Positions 1-18,200 of a stretch of 64,000 nt of DNA are shown here, in pieces; the first letter of the stretch is position 1, and each line of letters opens with the position of its first letter. Below the pieces are notes generated by a model. The model saw only the letters and a program-made list of their open reading frames with translations, was not told where the DNA came from and did no database searches. Made by a program: the position numbers and the translations under genes. Origin of the DNA: Trichinella spiralis (taxonomy: Eukaryota); assembly GCF_000181795.1 (NCBI RefSeq), contig NW_003526945.1:1488796-1552795 (forward strand). Direction: 5' to 3'.

Positions 1-102
1 AAATTTGTTATAAAAAGAAAATGATATATTCAGAATAAAAATATGCTATTCTAAAAGTTCAGATGAGATATTTTTAACAGTTGTTTAATTTTGCATTCTT
101 AG

Positions 103-3100
103 TCATTAGATGAACTTACTGATAAAGCAATTCCTGAGTCAATCCGACTTAAGAAAAATCTCCAATTACCAAAAGAATTAGGTAGTACAAAATATTGAAA
201 TGTTTTTCTTTTCCTAAATATGTATATATATATTATTTCTTTTTTTTTAGGTGAAGAAGAAGCATTGAAACGCATTAAAGAAATTGCGTCAAAAAATAAA
301 ATTTGGAAGAGTTATATTGGAATGGGTTTTAACGATTGTATTATCCCGTCGGTTATCAGACGCAATGTATTTGAAAATTTAAATTGGTCAGTGTGCCGTT
401 TTATTCTACTCTTAATAGCGCAATTTATGTCACAGCTTTCAGGCTTACACCATACACTCCATATCAACCGGAAATATCGCAGGGTCGATTGGAAAGTTTG
501 ATGAATTATCAAACAATGGTATGTCAGATGACTTCAATGGACGTTAGCAATGCATCACTGCTAGATGAAGCAACTGCGTGTGCAGAAGCTATGCAGCTTT
601 GCCATAGGTTTGTTGCAATGTTATTATAATAAAGTTAATTTTTTAAGATAATATGAGTTTTAGTGCTACTAAAAATAAGATATTTTTTGTCGATGCATAT
701 TTACATCCACAAAATATTGCCGTTTGCTCTACTCGTGCTCAGTAAGTTATGTGTTTCTGTGAATGTGTATATATCAACCAATATCAAATTTTAGAACAAT
801 GGGAATTCAATTGAAATTGGTTAGAAATTGGGAAAAGGAAAATTTAGATGGTATATCTGGTGCAATCGTTCAATATCCAAATACAGAAGGCGCACTGGTC
901 GATTACTCTGCTTTAGCAGACCGTGTTCATTCACACGGAGTATTTATGTCATTATTCTTTGGGAACAAATGAATTTTGGACAAATCTGAAATTTTTTTTA
1001 TTGCAGGGACTTTTTGTTATGGCTACAGACCTTTTGGCGTGCGCTTTGATTCGACCACCTGGAGAATACAAAGCTGACGTGTGTGTTGGCAATACACAGC
1101 GCTTTGGCTTGCCTCTTGGTTACGGTGGACCCCATTCAGCATTTTTTGCTGTATCGAATAGATTTAAAAATGGTGCTTTAATCCGTCTTATTCCTGGTAG
1201 AATTGTAGGCTTATCAAAGTTTGTATTCATTTTTTTAAATTAAAATTAAATTTTATTTCTTAATGCAACAATAATTGTAGAGATCGTAATGGTTCGCCAG
1301 CGTATCGTCTTGCTTTACAAACCAGAGAGCAGCATATTCGTAGAGGCAAAGCAACATCCAACATCTGCACTTCTCAAGTATATGAAATGCACTTTTATGA
1401 TCATTACTTTTTCATGCTCATGATATAGTAGTGTTATAAAAATTTTAGAGAAAAAGATAAAATTTAGAAACCATATTCTGTAGAAATAGAATTCAATTTA
1501 TAATTAATTGTTATTTTCCAACTTTATGAAAAAAATAATTAACTTTGCGCTTTGTGTTTCCGTGCGCAAGAGCCCGTTGATTACATTTCAGTGGCTTCAG
1601 TTTAGCAGAAGGGAAGGTTTATTTGTTGAGCTGAAATATATTCAATATTATTTATTTAGGCGTTGTTGGCAAATTTATCAGCTATGTACGCTATACATCA
1701 TGGCCCGGTGGGCTTGAAGCGCGTGGCCAAAAAAGTTCACGATGCAACATTGGTTGTTGCAGAAGGTATTTTATACTTTATTTTATTATGAATTTATAAC
1801 ATTGCTTATAATAATATCGATAAAATTATATATTTATTTTTTAAGTTTAACATTTTTCAGGTTTAAAGAAATGTGGCTTTCAATTGAAGCATGATAATTT
1901 CTTTGACACACTAACGATAGAAAATATCGATAGCAATCAAGTTGAGAAAATTCGACGTCGAGCTGAACAATCACATATAAATCTTCGTTATTATACAAAT
2001 CCAAACCAGGTTTTTATATCTATTATTATTGTTGTTGTTGCTTTTTAATTATATTATATTTATTTTTAAGTAATTTTATTTAGATTGGAATTTCATTGAA
2101 TGAAACAGTTGAAAATGAAGATTTGGCTAATTTGCTCGAAATATTTGATTTCAAATATGACCAGGTGAAGGAAATGAGCTGCATTTTTCAGTTAACAAAA
2201 TAAATTAATTTTTTTTCTACTTTAGCATTTCAAATTGAATACAATTGAAGCAAATTCTGTTTATCATTCGAATTTTGCGCGTCAATCTGCATTTTTGACC
2301 AGTGATATTTTTAATACGTGAGTTAAATTGAAAATTATATTTTTATTTTAATTTTTTCTTTCAAATTCATTTAACAATCATGCTGATGATGATATATATT
2401 CATATATTAGAATTCATTCTGAGCAAATGTTTGTACGATATATTGAACAATTGCAAAGTCGAGATGTATCGCTGGTGGACTCTGCTATTCCATTGGTTGA
2501 AAATATGCAGAGCATTTATTTATATAGATTGTCCATTTTTGGGGTTTTCCCATTTTTAACAGCTTCAATTTCAGGGTTCTTGCACAATGAAGTTGAACAG
2601 TTCAACACAGTTAACGGTGAATTTTAGTTTGTTGTGTTTTGTAAGCTTTTTACAAAAAAATTATCATAATGTTGAAGCCGTGTTCATGGCCTGAATTTTG
2701 CAATATTCATCCATTTGTGCCTGCAGAACAGGCCGCTGGATATCGTCATTTATTGAAAAACTTGGAAGATTGGTTATGCGAAATAACTGGCTTTGATAAA
2801 ATGTCATTCCAACCAAATAGGTAAGTTTATGATTTTAATTTTTCTGACGATATTTTAAAGTAATGTATCGCGTTTTCAGCGGAGCACAGGGCGAATTTTC
2901 TGGACTCATCACCATCAGAGGCTATTTGCATTCGTTGGGGCAGTCCAACAGAGATGTATATTATTTCCTTATATATATGTAATGAATTTATTATTGCAAT
3001 TTTTACATTTAGATATGTTTGATCCCTGTCTCTGCTCATGGTACTAATCCAGCCAGTGCTCGTATGGCTGGATTCAAAGTGGAAAATGTGAAAACTGATC

Positions 3101-4585
3101 ATGATGGCAATATTGACTTTACTGATTTGAAGGATAAGGTGAATTTTGTCATTATTATAATATAGTTTTATTTGTATGTGTGCGTGTGTGTAATTTTAGG
3201 TCGAGAAAAATAAAAGTCGGTTAGCATGCATGATGATAACTTATCCATCAACATTTGGAGTTTTTGAAGAACGCATTAAAGATGTTTGTCAAATTGTACA
3301 TGAATACGGTGGACAGTTATATTTTGATGGAGCCAATATGAATGCTCAAGTGGGGCTTTGTCGTCCTGGTGATTATGGTTTTGATGTATGCCATCTGAAT
3401 TTGCACAAAACATTTTGCATACCTCATGGAGGAGGAGGCCCAGGAATGGGGCCGATTGCAGTGTATTTCAGTGGTTTTTTTTATTTTAATGAAATTGATT
3501 ATTATTTATCTTTGGTGTTTAAGGAAATCTCACTTGGCTCCGTTTCTCCCTTCAAATGAGACAACAGCTATTAACGATGCCGAAACACCCCAATTTTTCA
3601 CAGGTCCGGTGAGCAGCTGTGCATCGTCTTCAGCTAGCATTCTTCCTATTCCGTGGACATACATTGCTACTATGGGAAGTTCAGGCTTACGCAAAGCTTC
3701 GCAAGTGGCAATTCTGAATGCAAACTACATGGCCAAGCAACTCTCCTCGCATTACAAAATCGTGTACAGAGGAGCTAACAGTAAATGAAATTTTTGAATT
3801 GTCATTTTGCAATTACTGCATTATAACTTTTAGATTTTGTTGCTCATGAATTTCTTATTGATTGTCGAGAATTTAAAAAAACAGCTAATGTGGAAGTGAC
3901 AGACATTGCCAAGCGTTTGATGGACTATGGGTATTATTTCACTTATTTCAATATGCATTTTAAATAATGAGGTAAAGATTTAAGAAGGATAAATTATTAT
4001 TAATTTTCCGTACTGGCAATTTATGCTTTTCCAATTTTTAGTTTAAAAGCTAGCTTATTAACGACAAAATTTTTAAATTGCTCTTCTTTGGATACGTAAA
4101 ATTGTATTGTTGTTGTATGATATTTGATTAATTTGAGATTTCATGCACCAACGGTATCATTTCCGATTGCTGGATGCTTGATGATAGAGCCAACTGAAAC
4201 GGAAGATAAGAGAGAATTAGATTGGCTATGTGAGGCGTTGATTATGATAAGAGAAGAGATTGCTGATATTGAACAAGGAAAGCAGGACAAGGAAAACAAC
4301 GTGCTAAAAGTAGTCGCTATCGTGAAATGATTATAAAAGCTGTTTTGCCAAATTAATTTCAGATGGCACCGCATAATATTCAAAGCGTATGCAGCGATTC
4401 TTGGAATCATCCGTACAGTAGGCAGTTGGCAAGTTTTCCTACTGTAATGAAATCTTTTTGTTGTTTTTGAATTATTTTTATTTTTATAATTTATTCTACA
4501 GGAATGGTCGGCGAGGAAAGTGTGGCCATTTGTTGCTCGTATTGATGAAGTGTACGGCGACATGCATTTGAAATTGACTCGCTAG
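103..4585 (+). CDS. GLDC: Glycine dehydrogenase (decarboxylating), glycine cleavage system P protein; multi-exon, 5' end upstream of the window
   Basis: Spliced exons give [93 protein letters not shown], the PLP-lysine motif [31 protein letters not shown] and [15 protein letters not shown]. Stop TAG is at 4583-4585. Confidence 0.96.
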
Positions 4586-4615
4586 TTAGTTAGTTAGCTA
4601 GCTAGCTAGCTAGTT
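4586..4615. repeat. (TTAG)n/(CTAG)n microsatellite directly after the GLDC stop
   Basis: ttagttagttagctagctagctagctagtt. Confidence 0.85.
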
Positions 4616-4948
4616 ATATGTAGTTTTGAAATTTCACAACAAAAATTGGGAATATTGAATACTGTTGATTTTGCTATCTGGGTATTTTTTTTCTATTTTC
4701 AGAAGAGCGGTTCTGGTTTATTTTGGAGTAATAAAAGTTTGTGGTGGCATCGAGTGATGTGAAATATTACAAATATACCTATATATATACATATAGATAG
4801 TAATAATTTCACTAAACTGTGAATTTTTACGTTTTACACATTGTAAAAAAGTAAGCAGAAATTTAATCTTAATTTTCAGTATTGCAATTGCACAATAGAG
4901 ATTAAAATAGTGGTGTGATTTTTGTTTCAAATAACAACACTTATTGTT

Positions 4949-11031
<6,083 letters not shown>

Positions 11032-12298
11032 TCATTCATTGAGCATGTTGCAATGTTCTGCAAAAGGAGGAAATTGTATTTTTTCGCATTTTCATTGCTA
11101 ATTAACATAAAAATAAGCAACAAAGCAGAATGAATTGTGGAAATTGAGTGAAGTAAAAGAAGAAGACGAAAGTTCTGTTGTCAGTTGTGAGCTGACAAGT
11201 GCATCGTATTGGTACTTGTTTTTTCAACTGAAGAAAATCAGATCACCAAAACTGATCACGTTCTGCTATTGCAGAGCGAGAGACAGAGAAAGAGAGAGAG
11301 AGCGAGAGTGTCGTCAACTTCGAATGAAGACCCACTCTCTGGTAAGATGCAATCGAACAAAGAGATGCACAGCCAACCAAGCGCCGCCTCCATCTTTGGT
11401 CGAATCAGTTGGCTAGTTGTTACAGTATACTGATCAGACTAAATTCTGAATGGCTGACGACTGAGACAGTTTTGGGGATCGCTGGACAATCCCTGTACAG
11501 CGAAACGTCCATTCATTGGTTGCGCCACCATCAGAATTTTATTGGCTCTTTTTTTCTGCAAACACGCATTGTCAGCCGGCATTTCATAATGACCTTTTTC
11601 CGTGATGGCCTCGATCCTCTCCACTGAGCCACCGACCCACCCACGCATTCCAGTCACACCGACCTTCACAGTGAAGCTAATGCCGAACATTCCGAACAGC
11701 AAACTATCATTTTGCATCAGTTGTTATTGATGAACAAAAATTTGCACACACCTACACACACATGTATATATGCAATGTAATTTATTTGTAGTTAGTTGGA
11801 CAAATTTTCCCAAAAAGCAGATGAAACATTTTTTTTCATATTTTATCATAATAGAAGAGTGTTTGTTCTTTTTCTATTTTTAATTTTTCATCTGGAAATT
11901 TATCATCTTTTGAGAAAAAGTCGAATTTGTCTACGCAGAATAATTTGAATTCCTATTTTTTGTTTATGCACTATTCCAACTGATGAAGTTGACGTTTTTT
12001 TCTTGATAAAGGGGTTCAAAAGTTTGTGGAAAAAATTATTTTTTTACAAATTGAATATTCACACGTCTCAAATGCCGAAAGTCGAGGGATGCTTTTTCGA
12101 GCAATGAGCAGTTTTGTTTTTCAACTGTTTCATTTTAAAATTTTCACTGAAAACTCATGATCGAAATACTTCAATGTTGTGTTTTTTGTTTTTTTTTACA
12201 CAGAAATATAATGTTCCCATGTTAGAATACAGAATACTTTTCATAATTGAGAAAATAGAGAAAAAGTATATACAGTGTAAACTTGTGAAATGTGATGT

Positions 12299-12300
<2 letters not shown>

Positions 12301-12344
<44 letters not shown>
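12301..12344. repeat. (AC)n microsatellite between warts and dystrophin
   Basis: Uninterrupted acacac run of about 44 nt. Confidence 0.95.
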
Positions 12345-12347
<3 letters not shown>

Positions 12348-15253
12348 GGAAGAAATCAAAGTTTGGACTATGAATAACAACTGTTTTATAGTTTTTAGTG
12401 TTTATATCATGTCATGTCATTTGTCATGTTAGCATATAGGTAGGTAGATATTTGCAAAGCAAAAAAAATATCCACTTATTTATTTGTCGGCATTGTGAAT
12501 GTTCAGCTTTATGAGCACTGGCTAACTCGTATTACACACAAATGAAAACTATGACTATGCTCTATTGATTGCTGTTTCTGCCAACAGTCAAGCAGCAATA
12601 ACTGTTTCAATTTTTGCAATGCAATTTTGAAGAGATGCGCTTTTGGTGATATTTGCAAAATGTGTTTTTAATTAATGTTACTGATTTGCTATTCCATATT
12701 TCATTCATTCACTGATAGCAATAAAAGAGCACAGAAGTCACGTTTTATCTGTTTATTTTAGAAAATTTGAAGAATAACATTTATTTATTTATTTATTTAT
12801 TTACCAGTTTTAATGGTAAACCATTTTTACTAAAATTTATGACTTGGTTGGAGTGATTTATAAATGTCCCGAAGGAGAATAGCTTGTGGCATGACGTGCT
12901 TTCGCAAATAGTGTTCCACAAATTGCATTTGCATTATTGCTTAATCGCACCATATGTATTATTATTGTGATTTCATCATAAGTTTTTAAGCTGAAATCCA
13001 TAGAATACACACACATACACAAGCATTGAGATATCATCATTAAAGTATTGTTATATATATTTTTTTTTTGAAAAAATTGAAAGTTTGCAATTTTATACAT
13101 ATGACAATTGTGGGTTTAAATGAATATTTTTTCACCTTGGCATGCTAGTGTGGTGAAAGATGTTAATCTTCAAAGAAGAAAAAGTAGTTTGTTGAACCGT
13201 CATCAATCCAACATTGCAGATGCTATCGTTTCGAGTAGGTGGACACATGCCTCTGCATTAAAAATATCCATTATACATTGCAGTTGTCAGGCATATTAGC
13301 AAAAATAATCGTTTCGGAAATGTGTGACAGTCCAAAAATAGAATGTTAAGAACTGACTGATTGTGCTGTTCAAAATGGGAATATTTATAAATCTACAATA
13401 TTGAGCGTTTTGTGTTGTTTATTAGTCGAAATTTTTTTGATTTATACTACTTGAGCATCTGCACAAAATGATGTTTTGTCGTAATTTATGTTGGAAATAA
13501 ATTTGCATTGTTCTTCACTTTTCCATCCATCAGTTGGGATTCATTTCTCTTTCGTTTGCTGATCACATTGAGCGTTATTTTTGAGAAAGAGAGAAAATTT
13601 TTATCTTGTCAAAAATATTTAAACATAATTCTTCTCATTTTAACATTAATATTTTATATTTTTGTTTTTGTCACTTTGTGATTTATTTTTTTTTAACAAG
13701 TTTTAATATATTTTCAATAATTAATAAAGTAAATTTAATTCTGTAATTATCTACTAATCATTGCCATACTATATTCATCTTAATTATCGAAAAAATTAAA
13801 ATTTATTAGTTTCAATTATTTATTATGAACGTACGTTTGGTTAAAAAAAATATCCGTTCCCTTTGAATATATTTTGTTGCACATCTTTTGCAAATTTGGT
13901 TGCATCATTGTTGTTATGATGATGTGCAGCATGGTAATTTTATTAGCATTATCAACGTAGCGTTATTTCAAAAATTTGCATTTTTATCAAGCGCGATTTA
14001 TTGATTGACCTCAGAAGATTTGTACATATTTCCTTGCAATGAATCAGTGGTCCGTCGTCATTATTCATCATGTGGAAAAAAAACTTTTCAGGCTCAAAAT
14101 TCGAACTGATACGTGTAATATTTGCTCGATCGCTTGCAATGATTTTTGTTTGTTGTTCAATTTGGCAATCATTTTACGTTAGACAAATTATGTAATGGGA
14201 AAAGAAGTGGAGAATAACTTTTCTTCTTACAGTAACAGAAGTGAAATTTAAATTTTACAGTATTACAAGTAGACAGACGAGGATGATGATGATGTAATAT
14301 TTATAAAAAAAAAAACAAAAGCAATTTTTCTCAACGTTAACGCCGTCACCATTGGCGGAAGTTACTTTTCTTATTTCAAACAAATGATCATTTTCTTTTT
14401 TATTAGAAAACGTACGAAATATGAAGTATGTCGGAGTTGGCTTGCAGCAAAAGATTCAATAGCTGGCATTGTGAATGAATGAATGATGAAGTAAAACAGA
14501 AAGATAATGTTGTATCTGTGATTAAATAATAATGATTTTATTTTTCAGGTGTATCATTTGCATAGTGAGAGACAAGAGCTGTGTATCGCCCTTGTGGTAA
14601 ACGATATTTTAACCATGTTTAGAGTTGTAGCCGAAGAAGTTGTCAAGTCGGTGCCAGAGACGAAAACACACGCACTTTGCGCTTAACCATGGACGTGTGA
14701 TTCATTTCAGTGCCAAGAAGAGAAAACAGCTTTGGGAATAATAATAATAAATTAAATTGAGTGAAGCAAAAGAGCAAAAGCATTGGGAACTTGGCGTCAC
14801 CTGAACAACTGGGAAATTAGCGGAAGTTGCTGAAAACAACGTTGCAGCTGTCCGTGTCAATTAAAACGTATATATATATCTATATATATGTATGACGAAT
14901 TTTTATTGCTTGGAAGTTTGATAGCAATAACGGCGAGCGACATTGCTTGCTTGGTCAACAAGGCAGCGGCAAGAGCAGAAGATCCTTTCCATTGCTTATT
15001 GCTGGCCACACAACGACGAAATTCTAGCGAAAATTACAGCGGTTAGTAGGGAAATATGCGGGCTGTCGATTTTCAAACATTGTTCCATTTTATTCTACAG
15101 TAGATTTATAGGGATCGTTTTGTGCAGCCAAAGAAGAAGAAGAAGAAAATAACCAAGCAAGACGTGAAGATTTGAAGCAGATAAAAAATTAATTAATAAT
15201 TTCATAATAATTCTACTCGGATTTGGCTGTATTTCGATTCGACGACTGCAGGC

Positions 15254-18200
15254 ATGTTCTTAGCCGCCAGCAAGCATTTACGTCAACTTGACAAAGAGGA
15301 GAAAACCGTCTCTTCCGAAGCCAAACAACAGCAGCGTAGAATCTCGCTGCCGGCGCACAAACAATCCTTGGCACAATTCCAACACCATTTGACTGGTAAG
15401 CAAGCATTTTTGATTAATTATTATTATTATCTTATGGGATATTTTTGATAATTTTCAAAAAAAAATATTGATTTGGACTTTTTAATTGGAGTTGTTGTTT
15501 CAACTGCATATTATAGAGTTTAAATTGATATTTAAAAAATATTCCCTGAATTCATTCATTATTCGACAATTGTTAAATTTTGTATTTTCATTGAAAGTAT
15601 TTTCATTTCATGACAGATGTTTGTTAATTTTAAAAATTTGTTCTACTTTTTGCACGTCAGCTACGTTTGCTTGAAGGAAAAAAGGACGCAATTGCATTCT
15701 TTTTTCTTTTTTATTTTTATCAAACGTTGCTCTGACGACTTCATTCATGCTATTATTTATTCCGTTATTTTTTAATTTTTCCAATTATAACTTTGAATGC
15801 TTCAAGCAGAACTGTTCCGCTTGTTTATTCAAACTAAACTTTTTTCCGTTCCATTATTGTAATTTTCAACCAATTTCACGCATCCATGTAACGATGATGC
15901 ATTGTAATATTTTATAAATTTTATTTTATTTATTTTCCTTATCATGCTGTTGAATGAGAATCATACAGGCGAATTGAGGCAGTTTTAGTGCTTTGTAAAT
16001 GTTGTTCGTACAGTTTTATTTTTCCTACAAATACACGATCGTCAATGGTCGTATTGTTCAATGATGCATCAATAGGAAACGATGAGCCTTTTGTTAGGTT
16101 TTTTAATTTTATTTGAAGTCTACGACAAGTCATCATCAAAGCAGCAATTGCTGCTTGACGGTTGGCTATTAAAAATTGTTTTTAATAAAAGCAAAAAAAA
16201 GAAGCAACATCTTTTAGCATGCATCGAGTGTATGTATATATATACATTTGAAAAAGGTGTGTCGCTTTGAAGCGATCTGTTGAGCTTTTTTGAATGCTTG
16301 GTGAATTTTCACGTGTATAATAAGTGCGCCAGTGAGAGTGTGAATATTATTGTTGCACTTACGAATCGAATAACACTCGCGTTGTTGCTGTTCAACATGG
16401 GTGAATTTTATTTTCATTTTTTACATTTTTTTAAAATTTGTTTCATAAAAATAATTGGTTTCTTTTTCATTTCAGATGAAGAATCAAATCGATTGAGGGA
16501 CATATACGATCTGCAAGGCTGTAGTCATGCTACAGTAAGAATTGACAAAATTTGCATTGATTGAAAATTTCTATTCAATTGTATTGGTGATCGCAATAAT
16601 ATTTATTCCATTGTAGGAGGATGATGGCAGTTGTGCTGATTCGGATAGGAAAAGTTCAGTCGAAGCAGGCGCCGCTAATGATCGGTTGTCTCGAATTCGA
16701 TCCGGTCAAGTGACATGGTCGACAATATCTTCAAATATCAGTACAATTTGATGAAGATATACAATTATTGAATAACATATATATTTTTTTTTCTTGATTT
16801 GTAGCTTTAAATTTAAATGTTTTGCTGACCGATGTTGAGAAGATGTCTGCACCGGATTTACGCGAAATGCTTAGTTCTTTGAATGAATGGCTCGAATATG
16901 CGACATGCTTTATTAAATTTCAGTTTGCCGAATCTCGTGTTTCTAGCAAAGAGGCTTTAGATAATTTGAAAGTAAGATACATTTTAATGAAAATAAACAA
17001 AACAAACAATGCAGTCCAACTTAATTATGACGTGGTTTTATTTTAGGAGAAAGTGCAATTTTTGAAAAAATTTGAATCTGCCGTCAAAAGGCTATTGCAC
17101 GTTGTAGAATGCTTATTGCAAGACGGTTCGGTCGACAGTCACATTAGTGCAATTCGTGCGGAAATGCAATCTTTGTCCATTAGATGGAATAATCTTATCG
17201 ATTTGACAGGCACGGATTCTTGTTTTTTAAATTTTGAATTATTTTAATATATATATATTTTTTTCTTTTTAAATCAATCGTCTGTTTGGTTGTAGAAATG
17301 ACTTATGAATCCGTTTCGAATCAGTTTGACAGAACACCAGCTCCACACTTGGAGCAAGCTTTGCAGTCGTTGAGTGAATGGCTCGACTGTGCCGAAGATG
17401 TGATTGCAACGCAAGATTTGGATAGCATTGATGAATTGGACATTACAGCTGCCAAAATACAACGATTACAAGTATGGTTTTTTGCTTTTAATTTTTGTGA
17501 AATTATTTATATTTTAATAATAATATTATTATTATTCAATTGAATAGGATTTACAAAATGAGATGACTGTTCAAAGGGAAAATTTGAATTTTGTCGCCAA
17601 CGCTGCCGATGAACTGCTACGCGAGGGTACTGGCGCTTACGACAAATTGTCCAAGAAACTCAGAAGTGTCGTTCCACGGTAATTTTTTTCTTGTTCTGCT
17701 TCACAGTTTATTCAAATTTTTCTCAAATATATATATTTCATAACAAAAAGAAGATAATTATCAAATGTTCTGCTTTGGAATTGTTTTCAGATGGACAGAT
17801 ATTGAAAGAGTGTTGACCAATCAGTTGACACGTTTGAAAGCTGGAATGAGTAAGCTTCAAGATTGGGAATTCCGGGCATCTGAATTAGAAAATTGGATGC
17901 TACAAGTGAAGGAGTTTATTCAAGCTGAAAAACCTGCACTTGGTAATACTGAAACACTGAAAGCTCAGCTTGAACAAAGTCAGGTGTGTGTGTGTGTGTT
18001 TGAATAATCCCAATAATTTCGTTCTTTTTTTTTTCTTTTGCTTTTTCATTCAGCAAACTATATGTATGATAAAAGTTTTTCATTTATACTGTACTTGTTG
18101 GAACTTTTGTATGTGGTTTGTGATAATGGTTGAAAGTTTGGTTATGTTGTCAGGAAAAAATGAATAATATTTCAGGCTTTGATGAATGATATTGAGACGC

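Noticed and set aside
4583..4620. Stop-codon readthrough or telomere-like repeat after GLDC
   Set aside because: This is a simple tetranucleotide microsatellite, not TTAGGC or TTAGGG, and there is no conserved readthrough context.
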